From the NCBI RefSeq assembly GCF_964355755.1, contig NC_092673.1, positions 25,727,648 to 25,791,647 of the forward strand: a stretch of DNA of 64,000 nt. The letters are read 5' to 3'. Within the stretch, counting starts at the first letter, position 1; each line of letters opens with the position of its first letter. Source of the DNA: Antedon mediterranea. Lineage: Eukaryota; Animalia; Echinodermata. This document shows positions 38,718 to 53,335 of the stretch, piece after piece. The notes under the pieces were generated by a model that saw only the letters and a program-made list of their open reading frames with translations, made no database searches and was not told the origin of the DNA. A program made the translations under genes and the position numbers.

Positions 38718-41700
38718 TAGTAGGCATGTTAAGGTGCATATTTTAGGCAAATCCTTCAAATTGTGATAATATTTTGAAACTTTGCACAGTTATTCATTAG
38801 GGTGTCAAAAACATAAAATGGAAGGGTTGCACAAAATTTGGTCAGGGGAAAGCCGCCATTTTGGATTTCAAAATGGCGGACCCCAAATTTTCACTTTTCA
38901 GGTATATCTCTGCTAAAAAGGCACCTAGAGTTCTGATTTTAGTTGCAAATTATATGGTAGTGGGGTCACCAAACATATTGGTATAACTAAAATTTTGATT
39001 GCATGGCGGCCATGTTTGATTTCAAAATGGCGGACCCCAAATTTTCACTTTTCAGGTATATCTCTGCTAAAAAGGCACCTAGAGTTCTGATTTTAGGTGC
39101 AAATTATATGGTAGTGGGGTCACCAAACATATTGGTATAACTAACATTTTGATTGCATGGCGGCCATGTTGGATTTCAAAATGGCGGACTTCAAATTTTC
39201 ACTTTTCAGGTATATCTCTGCTAAAAAGGCACCTAGAGTTCTGATTTTAGGTGCAAATTATATGGTAATGGGGTCACCAAACATATTAGTATAACTAACA
39301 TTTTGATTGCATGGTGGCCATTTTGGATTTCAAAATGGCGGACCCCAAATTTTCACTTTTCAGGTATATCTCTGCTAAAAGGGTACACAGAGTTCTGATT
39401 TTAGGTGCAAATTATATGGTAATGGGTCACCAAACATTGGTATAACGTCTTTGATTGCATTGCCGCCGGCGGCCATTTTGAACGTAGCTCAAACTGTACT
39501 GGCTTTACACTATTTGTTTATGTTTATAGTTACATGCATTTAACATGGACACTTATTGTATGTCACATTTTCCCTGGCAACCACACAGCTCTGTATATCG
39601 TAAATCACTCTTTCTGCATTTACAGCGTCCAAGATCACATTCGGTGTGTCCACAGCGAATTAAAACCTTTGTGACATCTGAGAGTGTGGAGCACTGTGGC
39701 GCAGTGGTTAGAGCATTGGACTTGCAATCAAGAGGTTGCTGGTTCAAGCCCGGTCGGTCACTGCAGTGTTGGGTCCTTAAGCAAGATTCTTTATCCACAT
39801 TGTTCCTCCCCACCAGATGATAGAAATTGGTACCGGTATGTAAAAAGTACTGGGAAGGTAAATCAGACTCGTTTGTGCGGGAGGAGTGGCGTACCCCCAC
39901 AAACATACACACTTAGTGGAGTCTGGCACAAACGCTAAAGAAATGGAGATGGGCACCACGGCCATTATCATTAGCTTAGGTCTCGACACTTTACCTTACA
40001 GACAATGACATCCTATCGAAAACTGAAGTCATTAATGGCATCTTTTTCCAAGTCGGGTTAAATGTAGCTTTACCTTTTCCTTGAACAGATGAAGTTGTAT
40101 CACAACCGCTAAAGGAATGAAAGAACAAGTAAGCGGCTGATGCTTGTGGTCCAAGAGAAGAAACAATCTCGTGTATTGGGATGTGCTTCCCCACTCCAAA
40201 CTCGATTCAAAACTTGTGGATCCTAGGTATTCTGTGGAAAGCTGACAATGCAATAACAATAACATCACTGTCTACAGTCTTGACAAGAATGCGCGGAAAA
40301 ATTTCAGCGGCATGTTTAACATGAACAAACATACATTCATCTGCCTCTATGTTACATGGCATCAGCAGTTGTATATTTACAGACTGGTTTGTTGCTGCTC
40401 TGTCTCCTAGAGACCCTACAAACATTCCGTGATTTGTGTCAACTTCGATCAGTGACACGACTAGATTGGTTTTTCGATAGATACTTTAATGACAGTTTAA
40501 AGTCTGGTACGCGTTCAAACCGCGTTTCTGGTGTAAGGAGGGTCGTTAAAGCCAGCGGGAGCATGCCCAACAATTGGACCACATTTTTTAGATTTGATGA
40601 CAACAAATCAGAGTTGTTTTCATTTATTGTAACTGAAGTAGTAGAGAACATTGGCACAAATCAAGGAATGTTTGTAGGGTCTTTGGGAGACAGAGCTGTA
40701 ACAAACCAGTAAATATACAATCGCTGATGCCATGTAACATAGAAGAGGCAGATGAACGTATGTTTGTTCACGTTAAACTTGCCGCTGAAATTTTCGACGC
40801 ATTGTCAAGACTGTACACAGTGATGTTGTTGTCAGCTTTCCACAGAATACCTGGCATCCACGAGCTTCTGATCGAGTTTGGAGTGGGGAAGCACTTGAAG
40901 TACATCCCAATACATGAGATTGCTTCTTCTCTTGGATCACAAGCATCAGCCGCTTACTTGTTCTTTCATACCATTAGCGGTTGTGATAGAACTTCATCTG
41001 TTTAAGGAAAAGGTAAAGCTACATTTAACGAGACTTTGAAAAAGATGCCATGTATGACTCCAGTTTTTGAGAGGATGTCATTGTCTGTAGGGCATGTTAA
41101 TGAAACAGACACAGATTATCTAGAACAGTTTGTTGTAACTATGTCTACTGCAGAACATTTAATGATGCAAGACGATATCTTTTTACAAGAGAAAGACTAT
41201 TGAAAATATCCCCCAACATCTGCGGCATTAAGAGAACATGTGAAGCGGAAGCCAGGAAGTGGTACGAATGTCTAGATGCATTCAGGGTTGAACAGGACCC
41301 AGCAAACTGGGGATAGAGGAAGGACGGCAACAAATTTAGTCCAGCTTGGAGTTCATTGCTTGGAGAACTTTCAGATGTCACAAAGGTTTTAATTCGCTTT
41401 GGACACACCGACTGTGATCTTGGATGATGTAAATGCAGAAAGAGTGATTTACGATGTACAGAGCTGTGTGGTTGCCAGGGAAAATGTGACCTACAATAAG
41501 TGTCCGTGTTAAATGCATGTAATTATGAACATAAACACATATTGTAAAGCCAGTACGGGTTGAGCTACATTCAAAATGGCCGCCATGCAATCAATGACGT
41601 TATACTAATATGTTTGTTGACCTCAATACTATATTATACTTTGTACCTAAAATTATAACTGTAGGTACCGTACTGAAACATTTTGAGTTCGCCATTTTGA

Positions 41701-42453
41701 AATTCAAAATGACCGCCATGCAATAAAAATGTCAGTTAAATACCAATATGTTTGGTTACGCATTACCATATAATTGGCACCTAAAATCAGAACTCTGTAC
41801 CTTTTTAGCAGAGATACCTGAAAAGTGAAAATTTGAAGTCCGCCATTTTGAAATCCAAAATGGCCGCCGTGCAATCAAAATGTTAGTTATACCAATATGT
41901 TTGGTGACCCCATTAACATATAATTTGCACCTAAAATCAGAACTCTAGGTGCCTTTTTCGCAGAGATATACCTGAAAAATGGAAATTTGAAATCCGCCAT
42001 TTTGAAATCCAACATGGCCGCCATAGAATCAAAATGTTAGTTATACCAGTATGTTTGGTGACCCCACTACCATATAATTTGCACCTAAAATCAGAACTCT
42101 AGGTGCCTCTTTAGCAGAGAAATACCTAAAAAGTGAAAATTTGAAGTCCGCCATTTTGAAATCCAAAATGGCCGCCATGCAATTAAAATGTTAGTTATAC
42201 CAATATGTTGGGTGACCCCATTACCATATAATTTGCACCTAAATTCAGAACTCTAGGTGCCTATTTAGCAGAGATATACCTGAAAAGTGAACAATTTGGG
42301 TCCGCCATTTTGAAATCCAAAATGGCGGCTTTCCCCTGACCAAATTTTGTGCAACCCTTCCATTTCATATTTTTGACACCCTAATGAATAACTGTGCAAA
42401 GTTTCAGAATGTTATCACAATTTGAAGGATTGGGTCACTTAACAGGCCTACTA
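38718..42453. mobile_element. Non-autonomous fold-back Academ-like DNA transposon, copy 2 (tandem)
   Basis: Apparently identical to copy 1 with a 3734-bp offset (all ORFs repeat with this shift). The junction CCTAC-TA-GTAGG at 38713-38724 shares one TA. Confidence 0.85.
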
Positions 42454-45048
42454 CACTAAATACGTCTTCCGTTAAGCCTACTTTATCAAATCGGCTTGTT
42501 TTCTACAATCAAAATATGAAACTCATTGCTACAAATTATGTATCACTGTAATAGTAAATAAGTACGATATTCCCCTCTTATGACTTTTCATTTGTTAGAT
42601 AATGACTGGTAAATTGTACAGGAATATTCCAATTAATAATTAATTATAATAATATGAAGAGAATATTAATTTGGCAGTCGGTCACACACTACATCTTAAC
42701 TGTCTCAGTGTCGTATATCTTCACATAAATATTTTGTATCATAGGAAGATTCGGTAATACAGCATCTCATGTGTTTCATGTGTGGGGTGGTCTGTATCAT
42801 GTTACAACATTACAAATACTTACATAATGATTAAGAGTGTCAAGCGTAAGGTTTTTTAATGCTGCTGTTGCCGTTGCAAGTTCAGACCATGTCTGTACAA
42901 AACAAATGTTCAATAGTTATAGGAGATGAAATAATAATTATACTGTTTTAATAATAGATATCTATTATCTAGGTGACTTGGAAAGTCAAAACTATCCTTT
43001 TTTTTGTACGTACGTACCATGCGAGAGAAAATAAACAGGACCTGTAGTTTCTCGTCATTGGGTATTTTTTAAATACGTTATGTCAACGCTTTTGTTCTTG
43101 GCTGAATAATGGTGTTTTAGATTCCCAATCATAAAGGCATGTTTGAACTCCTTAATTTTTTTTCAGTATTAGGCTATACATGGAAAACGATATCCTATGT
43201 TTAGGATTCGGTTGCTATGGCTTACCGTCACGTGACGTGAAACAGTCACACGGTTTATTGTCTCTAGACATAGTACAGTTGAAAAATTGCCTGAATTAAC
43301 AACCCTTTTCCGACCTCAAAAACAGCGTACGGACCCCCGATTTTCATCCTAGCAAGGTACCGTAATAATAAATAAAACCTGGAGTACTTACAACGTTTCT
43401 TCGTATTGGATTTGCTGATGTACACTGTACAAAAACAGTCACTAAATTGATAGAGAAATAGAATGATTATAATTTAATTATAAACTTTTGAATGAGACTT
43501 GATTGTGAATAGAATATTAAAAGATAACTGGTTTAGTTGTTTCAATTTTAAGTCAAGTTAAAAGTTAATCTAAAAACTATTGGCCTTCTTTAAAAATATT
43601 ATTACACAATTGTTTATACACATTTTGGGGCCCAAAATATTATAAAATAAAAATAACGAAACATTGATAAGTTGTACAATATACATAGGCCAAAATAGTC
43701 TAGGTTCTAGACGGAGTTCCAAATATTTTTGGCACACATGGCGTTTAATACGTATACTACTTCATAGCTCGTAGTTAAAGACAACATTGAAACGCCGACT
43801 GCTGGTGGACTAACATAAAAAAAATAACTACAGACTTAGGGCAAGTGTATAAGGCCAATATTAATTATATAATAATTAAAACTTAAAATGTTGTTTGTTT
43901 AAACTTACTGTAAATCAAACAGCAGATAGTAGCTATTTTTGTTGCATCCATCTTCATTCTATATTCGTTAGGTTAAGTCTGGTAGTCAGTAGTCTTCCTC
44001 TCTCTTATTGTCGATGCGATTTGGCTGATTAAATGATGATCCTAAACCAGTATTTAAATAATCTTTAATAAATGTGATTATTCGATGAGTTAGGTAGTTA
44101 TAGTACTTTTCCAAAACATGAGTTTGACTTTATATAAGAAAATTAAAGCTATATTGATACCCGACGTCATGAATAAAAAATAAATAAAATAGGAATATCG
44201 GAAATAAACATGGATTTACGGATGTGTAATTTACAATAAATAGCATTTTTAATTTTCTTTTTTAAAATTTATAATCTAAAAACTTTTCCGGTAACTTTAT
44301 TCGATATATTTTCGAAATAGTGCAATCAAGGTTCGTTTTGTGTTTATCTATCTTTATAGTATTTGTTGTTATTGTGTGGTATGTTATTTAGGTAGCTGTT
44401 TCGTTCTTTTTAAAATGTATCTTTCTACAATGTCATATTTTAACATAATTTTTGTTTTGAATATTGGCATACTGTATAAATGTAGGTATGCCTACCGTTC
44501 TTTATTGAAACTTTCTTTTTAGCATTTTTTGTTTTGTTTATTGTTTTGCGTTGACTAATAAGGAAACTCGATACCAACTGACTGATCTCATCTATGTTCT
44601 TAAATACAGTTATGTAATGTTTGGTATTAATTTCTTTGAGGCAGCTTTAATGGTACTTACTTTTTGTTAATGTTCAATTAAATAGAGCAATACTATAAAA
44701 ATAGTTGAGTTTCCCCACCACCAATATTCCATAATTGAAATACCGCATACCGAGTCGGTAACATTATAGGCATAAATATCGACCATCCGCCCAATATGAC
44801 GTGGTGGTGGTTATGTGGTCTTCTGCGCGTCCTCTTTATATATGCTGTAGAGTAGAAATTGGGGCTTTCTTTCTCATAACCGCAATATGCCTTTATTGAA
44901 ATACAAACTTCCACCCAACAGGGTGTGGTGACGGTGGTTATTTAATTCCGCATTGATCCTACCCAATTTTTAAAAGTTTCATATTTGGGATTTCAAAATT
45001 CGGCTACTGTATAAGGCTTAGTGACGTAAGATATATATTTTAATAAAC

Positions 45049-45159
<111 letters not shown>

Positions 45160-45284
45160 ACAAGAGGCAAAGAACATTAATTCTAAACCGCCCGGTGATA
45201 TACTGACATTTAATTAATTAATTTGAAACGATAAAGATGAGGAAACTTGTGAGAATGAGAAAAAGTCGCCCCAACCGAGACTAT

Positions 45285-48200
45285 ATATATATATAAAATT
45301 CTGATTAATCTTCATTTTTAATATTTGTGGGGGACATTACATCTTTAAAGGACGTCCAACCAAGATCAATGATGATAAGAAATCATAATTTCTTGACTTG
45401 ATTTTAGCAGCACGTCTTTATTTCTTAGAACTGTCAATAAAACAATGTGAGGTATTACTCCATACTGTAATTCCATATTCAGTAAACAAAAATGTTCAAA
45501 CAATTTGACTAGACTATATTGTCATACACCTGCTGGACTCATTCCCAGGTGTGCTTCCGTCGGACCCATTCCCGGGCGATTTGTCAGAGATGATCATCGA
45601 AGTTACCTACTGAAAGACAAGTATCCCATGAAAAACCAATATACTGTATTTAGATGTAGTAAATTGCTTCTTGTTACGAATAGAATAAATACGATATTAA
45701 ATGCATTATTCAACCTTAATTTAATGCTGTTTTAAAGTGTTGTGTGTAAACCAACAGTTTTATTCAGATTTAGTTCGTTCATGTTCAAGCTGAAATGATC
45801 ATCAATTTGTATTCAAGATATCGAACTCATTTATATTAAGAGTTATATTTGATTTTAAATCGGAAAACAATCATTCATCCGATAAAACCTTAATTTTAAA
45901 AAATAAAATATTCAATTGCAAAGCACATAAACGTCAATGTTTTTCTGGTTAAATTTAATCGTTTTTTACCCAATATGTTTGTTTTCTTTTTGGCAAAAGT
46001 GAGTTTTAGGAAAAAAAGTCGATTCTCACCTGCGGCAGTACTACTGTATAATATAGTGTATTGTCTCTGACGTAATACTGTACCGTACGAGTATCGAATA
46101 AGGAAACATTTTGTTGTCTTATGTAGGATCGACCCACTTTTATTTCTTCATCAATGTTCGTTTACAATGCATTGCACTTGATGTAATATTACCATACAAT
46201 ACAACTGAATATAAATCACTTTCAGTACATCTTATATCTCACTCCTACTATTGCATTTTATAATAGTAAGGAAAGAAGAAAAATACAATATTTTCCTCTA
46301 TGTTATACCTCTTACACGCTTTTCAATCCTCAACAATGTACGTATAATATAGCACAGAATTCTATATTTTTATCTCTTTCAGGCGAATAGGAAAACATTG
46401 TAACTTTAGATAGGTACTGGATGTTTTGTGTTTCTCAAAATCGTATTCGGCTATTTGAAGATATTCATCATATTCTCCCAACCTTGAGCGTTTCGGCTTT
46501 CAGCATCACTTTTTTCAAGTTGTGGTGTAGAGTGTTGGCATAAGTAACAAATAAGATAGGATAAAAATCATTCGTATTCTTCCATTTTATTTTATTTTGC
46601 AATTAAATTAATATATATTTATCACACAATTATTATAAATAGCATATAACAAGGTTAAATAGTTAACAACAAGAAAATAGGCACGTAATATAATACACTT
46701 CATCAATGTTCTGTAGCACATGTAATTATAAATTATCCATGACTTTTACTATCATTTACAATAAATAAAGTAAACTTATTTTGTGTTTAATTAATTTAAT
46801 TTAAAATTTAAATTATCTTTATTAATCCTTTTGAAAATTTATTGACCTATATATATATATAAATATTAAATTAAATGTACAAAAACATCATAAATAAAAT
46901 ATATACATATCTATTTCAATACTTCTTAAAATAATATAGGACTATGTGACTTTTTAATGTCATCCTGTATAAATATATTAAATAGTTAAATACATAAATA
47001 AATATTCGTAAAATTTATAAAACAATGGAGACACCTGTAATATATTATATTTTCTAAAGGCATTGTAACCTATTACACAATTATTATAAAAGCAAGTAAA
47101 ATCGAGAAATCTTAGCATTATTGGAGCACTTATGAAAGACAAAACATTACATTCAGCAAAATAATTCAACCAATCACTCTTGAAGCATCTTTTATAATCT
47201 ATATCATTACATAGTTTTATCATTCACTGAATATCATATAAAAATATGTAATTAATAGTAAATTATTGCTTCTTTCTGATTGGTTTAAAGCTAACGCGCT
47301 ATAATTTAATAGAGATAAAGTTATATTTGTATCCATTTTTATTTCATTTTATATTGAAATTGAACTATTTAAAAAACTTTTAGAACTTATTGTAATCTGC
47401 TCTGGAAAACTGTAATATAGCTAATCTTCAATTAATGGATTTTGAAAATCTGTTACAGCGACTATGAGGTTTCGATCATATCCTTCCAACACCATAAGCG
47501 TTTCTTTGTATAAAGTAAGTTGTTCTGTTGATATAGTACAATTGACTGGTATTTCCATCGAAGTTTCTTCTACTAGCTAAAAAAAAACAATAATTAGTAT
47601 CGTTAACGTGTATCAACAATATTATATTAGTATAAAGTTCAGTCTACACTATCAAACTATTTTGACATATCACATATTTTTTCGCATAACATTTGAAGTT
47701 TAGACAGAGCTTAAAAGTACATCTAGTGTTCTTTGTTTTGTTAAACGTACTGTACATCTAATATGAGTTGCCAGTTCAGACGAAAGTCTATCAACCAAGA
47801 ACTCAACTCCATATTACTTACAGATTACTAATATAGTGTAGCTTATATAAGCCGGTGAGGTTAGGTGAGTCCCGTGTTATCTGAACGTAGGGGAATGAGC
47901 TGTTGGCTCATTGTACTAAGCCTCGGCATTATGTGGTAGGGTGGCCAGTTCCGTGTCGCCTTTTTTCTCCCTAGTATTTTTCAACAAGGTACTTATTTTA
48001 CAGCTGAGTGGACTGGGAGTTGTCGGGAATTGAACCCGGGTCTATCTGTCAAGTGTTCTAACCCCTCGGCTATCCAACGTCCCGTATGAGCCGGTATGAT
48101 TGTGTAAATAATTGGTACTAAATCAGCAGATTGGAATTCTGTTTCCTATTAAATTACCTTCCAATCAAATTCTGTCTCTTCAAAATTGTTTTCGATTGTA

Positions 48201-50730
48201 TTTCTTACTTTCTTAATATTATTAACTATTATGTAATACGAGTTCATAAAGATTACAGACGTTTGTTATAATATTATTAATAACAATAGGCTAATAATAA
48301 TAATAATACAAATAATACAAATTTAACAATTTAATGAATTCAAGCAAGATTAAGAAAAGATGGAATTATTTTTCCATTCTGTTTAAATATAATATGTTTA
48401 TTAAGTTTTGTGTTAGATTATATTTCATTGTTCACAGGTTATTTTTGAGTTCCGTACTTACTTTATTCTTTATCTTGCTAATAACTTCATCTGTAGATGT
48501 AATAATTTTCTGAAATGCGTTAACGTAGTCAGTAGGATAATCTTTGTATACAGTAGCTTCAGCAGATTTAATTCGTAAGATGTATTCCTTATAACCTTCC
48601 AAGGTGTGCATGTGCATAGCAAGTATATCCTACAAAATAGTAATAAATATGCATGTAAATTCACTGACCTTACTTTTTCTACATTAAGAATATTAATTAA
48701 GATGTAGGTTTACAACAATGCTTAAAAAGTAAATTTCAGAAAAAACGGAACAAATTACATAAAGTTGCAAAGTATAAAGCACATCAGACCATGGAGTAAT
48801 CATAATGGAAGAGGCAACATAGTTATTATGTGACGAATCATCAAATGAAATGTTTAATAACCTATGTGTCCAAACATTTCCCCTGTAGGACTGCATTTCA
48901 CGGTGCAAAAAACCATACTGACCGTTTACATGACCATGGGTACAATTCGAGATTAGCGCCTAAATAAAGTAGCATCCTAGTACAGTATTTTATATTCATC
49001 ATCACTTATAAGGGATATAATATTAATAGTAATAGGTATAATTATGTTCTTTTTGTCGTAATCCGTGCTCACGAGACTTTTCAGAATAAAGTATTTATCC
49101 AAACCATCAGCGTCTCTGTTTTACACACACACCCATACACATAGCAAGCCTAACTGCAAAGTAGTAATTATTTTTACCTGATCTGTGTAATTTATATTAA
49201 ATGCTGATTGTGGTAATCCACCACTAAATACGTCTTCCGTTAAGCCTACTTTATCAAATCGGCTTGTTTTCTACAATCAAAATATGAAACTCATTGCTAC
49301 AAATTATGTATCACTGTAATAGTAAATAAGTACGATATTCCCCTCTTATGACTTGTCATTTGTTAGATAATGACTGGTAAATTGTACAGGAATATTCCAA
49401 TTAATAATCAATTATAATAATATGAAGAGAATAGGAATTTGGCACTGTCTCAGTGCCGTATATCTTCACATAAATATTTTGTATCATAGGAAGATTCGGT
49501 AATACAGCATCTCATGTGTTTCATATGTGGGGTGGTCTGTATCATGTAACAACATTACAAATACTTACATAATGATTAAGAGTGTCAAGCGTAAGGTTTT
49601 TTAATGCTGCTGTTGCCGTTGCAAGTTCAGACCATGTCTGTACAAAACAAATGTTCAATAGTTATAGGAAATGAAATAATAATTATACTGTTTTAATAAT
49701 AGATATCTATTATCTAGGTGACTTGGAAAGTCAAAACTATCCTTTTTTTGTACGTACGTACCATGCGAGAGAAAATAAACAGGACCTGTAGTTTCTCGTC
49801 ATTGGGTATTTTTTAAATACGTTATGTCAACGCTTTTGTTCTTGGCTGAATAATGGTGTTTTAGATTCCCAATCATAAAGGCATGTTTGAACTCCTTAAT
49901 TTTTTTTCAGTATTAGGCTATACATGGAAAACGTTATTCTATGTTTAGGATTCGGTTGCTATGGCTTACCGTCACGTGACGTGAAACAGTCACACGGTTT
50001 ATTGTCTCTAGACATAGTACAGTTGAAAAATCGCCTGAATTAACATCCTTTTCCGACCTCAAAAACAGCGTACGGACCCCCGATTATCATCCTAGCAAGG
50101 TACCGTAATAATAAATAAAACCTGGAGTACTTACAACTTGCTGTAGGCCTACGCCCACGTTTCTTCGTGTTGGATTTGCTGATGTACACTGTACAAAAAC
50201 AGTCACTAAATTGATAGAGAAATAGAATAATTATAATTTAATTATAAACTTTTGAATGAGACTTGATTGTGAATAGAATATTAAAAGATAACTGGTTTAG
50301 TTGTTTCAATTTTAAGTCAAGTTAAAAGTTAATCTAAAAACTATGGGCCTTCTTTAAAAATATTATTACACAATTGTTTATACACATTTTGGGGCCCAAA
50401 ATATTACAAAATAAAAATAACGAAACATTGATAAGTTGTACAATATACATAGGCCAAAATAGTCTAGGTTCTAGACGAAGTTCTTAATTTTGTAAAAACA
50501 TTAATATTTTTGGCACACATGGCGTTTAATACGTATACTACTTCATAGCTCGTAGTTAAAGACAAAATTGAAACGCCGACTGCTGGTGGACTAACATAAA
50601 AAAAAAACTACAGACTTAGGGCAAGTGTATAAGGCCAATATTAATTATATAATAAGTAAAACTTAAAATGTTGTTTGTTTAAACTTACTGTAAATCAAAC
50701 AGCAGATAGTAGCTATTTTTGTTGCCTTCA
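45285..50730. repeat. Segmental duplicate of 31035-34983 + 42454-43950 (gene D/E unit)
   Basis: Near-identical introns, SINE, UTR and exons (e.g. ORFs 32743/46978 and 34197/48432). Confidence 0.9.
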
Positions 50731-50731
50731 T
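47421..50731 (-). CDS. Gene E: secreted four-helix-bundle cytokine candidate, 6 exons, 199 aa
   Basis: Exons 50731-50689, 50205-50135, 49637-49569, 49270-49178, 48629-48462 and 47576-47421: MKATKIATICCLIYMTVFVQCTSA-NPTRRNVGVGLQQV/TWSELATATAALKNLTLDTLNHY/KTSRFDKVGLTEDVFSGGLPQSAFNINYTDQ/DILAMHMHTLEGYKEYILRIKSAEATVYKDYPTDYVNAFQKIITSTDEVISKIKNK/LVEETSMEIPVNCTISTEQLTLYKETLMVLEGYDRNLIVAVTDFQNPLIED*. Confidence 0.88.
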
Positions 50732-51512
50732 CTTTTAAAGAAATCTTCCCCGGTGTTCGTTAAGTTAGGTTAGGCTTGGTAGTCAATGAGTTCTTCTTCT
50801 TAATGTCGATGAGATGTTGATTTTTATATAAATATGCCTTATATAAAGTCTTTAAACAGGGGTGATCTTCCTTGCAAATTCTTCTATACGGTAACTGATG
50901 TGTCTCGTTGAATCTGGTAGTTGGTACTTATCTCCAGTCTCAATGTGAGTTTGATTTTATATAGATTTTCAATAGGATTTTGTGATACCAGAACCGACGT
51001 CATAAAGGAAAACATAACTAAAACGGAAATAAACTTGAATCTATTGAACTTTGGTGTAATTTACAATTAATAGCATCCTTTTTTGTTTGTTTATTGTTTT
51101 ACGTTGATTACCCTGCCCTGAGGCAGCTGTAAGGGTGCTTACTTTTGTTTTTAATTTCAATAGTGCGAACCAAAATAGCTGAGTTTACTACCACCACCAA
51201 TGATTTCATATTAGGCATAAATATCGACCCTTCGCCAAATATGGTGTGGTGGTATGGTCATCATGTGCACGTCCTCTTAAATTATACTGTAGTTTTTTGA
51301 CAACGCTTAGGCGTGACTCAATAAAATGTTTGTATTTATTTTTTTTTAAATGCAGTACGGTAGGTCTTCATTGAAATACCCACCACCCCTGTAACATGAT
51401 ATTTCAAACCACCCAACAGGGTGTGGTGATGGTGGTTATTTTGGTTTTCCGCATAGATCCTGCTTTAAAAAAAAATTCATGTTTGGGCGTTTAAAATCCT
51501 GCTACTGTATAA

Positions 51513-52394
51513 AGCTACGTTCACATCAATCCCGGATTCGGGCCGGTGGCCGGAGAAAAATTCGGTCCGCGTTACGTTTTTAAATCAGTGCGTTCCCATC
51601 GCCGTGAGGTAATTTCCCGATTGATCGTAATCAAAACTGTACTGGGTTTGGTCTACTATCGTTCCTGCTCCCCTCGTCATCTATTCTTAGAAGCCTTGAT
51701 GAAGTAAGCCTACCTGGTAGTGACTATAGAATGGTCCCGAGATAACGACTATACTTCGGCTTTAGTCGATAGAAGATTGAAATATTGGTTAGAGAGAGTA
51801 TACGGTGTGTGATTACATTAGTGCAGACGTGTGTCAACGTCTGTATTGAATTGATGTTCCGCATTATTATAGATAGGAAGATGAAGATGGTAGTTGGATG
51901 TAATGATCTTGAATGATCACTTGAACTTGAATATCGAAATGTGGCAGGCTATAGGCGCTTGACTTTTGACAAGATCACCTAACATTTAAAACTTTAAACT
52001 TACGATACTTAGTATTGTAGTTTAAGAATAGCCGCTCCATAATATCTTTGCTTTTTTTCCTTATATCTATATTTTGTTATTTTATGAAATTATTTATAAC
52101 TAACACATATCACTGTTTTCTATTGATATTTATAATAAAACAATATATTAACGTATACCTATATATAAAATGTATAATGAATTAATTAATTCATCACATA
52201 TCAAACTAATCTTATAGATATAATATACAAAAACGTTACACTATAATCAAACATCGTGTAATCTATCTCTAACAAAACATTTCAATCTTCTTTAGACTAG
52301 TTGGGAGCAGGAACGCTAGTATACCGTACCAAACCCAGTACTGTTTTTGATTGCGATCATGCGGGAAATTACCTCACGACGTTCAATATTTAAT

Positions 52395-52426
<32 letters not shown>

Positions 52427-53335
52427 TTTTTATTTCTCAAATAAAAACAAAAAAACAGTTAACATTTTCTAAAAATAATAGATAATAAATGAGAAAAAGG
52501 GGTACCCCACTGGAAGCTTAAGCTTTAAAATGTGGGGTCCTGGCAACATAATTAAAAATAAGGTAAGGTAAGAAATATATATAATATATGATAATGAACA
52601 TAAAAAGACATTTAACTTAACAAATGCAGTTATTATTTGACTTAAGACAGATATATGATCAACTTAAATAATAATAGTAGAAACAAGGTATTCATGTAGT
52701 TTGAACTTAAATGAAGATATAAAATTAATAATTGTAATTTCATCTGGTAAAGAATTCCAAATTTTTGGTCCTTGAAAAGTTATATCATGCTTGCCAATAT
52801 TGAAACGTGGCAGGCTAAAGGCGCTTGACCTTTGACAAGATCAACTAAAATTTATAAATTAAACTTACAATACTTATTATTGTATATTCAGAAATAGCCG
52901 CTCCATAATCTTTTGCCTTTCTTCTTTATATCTATTTTTTTATGACATTTGTAAATATCCTTTTTATCAATATTATAATCATAACAAAAAAATATGTATA
53001 AAATAATATGGATTAATCAAAACGACATAGATTAACCCATTTACCGCTTGACAATCTAATTGATATACAAAATCATTACATCCAACTACCATCTTCATCT
53101 ATAATAATGTGGAACAGCAATTCAATATAGACTTTGACACACATACTCTCTCTAACCAATATTTCAAACCGAAGTATAGTCGTTATCTCGTAACCATTCT
53201 ATAGTCACCACCAGGTACGCTTGCTTCATCTACGCTTCTATGAATGGATGACGAATTGGGAGCAGGAACGCTAGTAGACCAAACCCAGTACCGTTTTGAT
53301 TACGATCAATCGGAAAATTACCTCACGATGTAGCT
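51513..53335. mobile_element. Composite inverted-repeat element (PIF/Harbinger-like ends) upstream of gene E
   Basis: TAA|AGCTAC...GTAGCT|TAA; inverted arms ~51604-51905 and ~53075-53327. The insertion is absent at the paralogous site near 45003-45032. Confidence 0.6.
52396..52800 (-). mobile_element. CR1/L2-group LINE 3' end with (ATTG)n tail
   Basis: Minus-strand ITFQGPKIWNSLPDEI..ISSFKFKL motif, AATAAA, and (TTGA)n at 52396-52423. Confidence 0.7.

Larger units (their letters stand above)
34984..38719. mobile_element. Non-autonomous fold-back Academ-like DNA transposon, copy 1
   Basis: Termini TAGTAGGCATGTTAAG...CTTAACAGGCCTACTA; long inverted arms containing 154-bp subterminal repeats. 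Degenerate XPG/FEN-like nuclease motifs (EEADERMFVH, VDSDV, FSGCDTTSS.QGKGK) and a Cys-rich C-terminus (RCGHTECDLGRCKCRKSDLRYTELCGCQGKC) occur on both strands. 3-bp CAC duplication around the whole array. Confidence 0.85.
33186..43951 (-). pseudogene. Gene D: near-identical paralog of E, exon 4 interrupted by a 7.5-kb transposon tandem
   Basis: Exons 43951-43909 (MDATKIATICCLIY), 43441-43392, 42892-42824, exon 4 split into 42502-42454 and 34983-34937, then 34394-34227 and 33341-33186. The reading frames are otherwise open. The uninterrupted site 'ggtaatccaccactaaatacg' is seen in gene E near 49212-49232. Confidence 0.85.
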
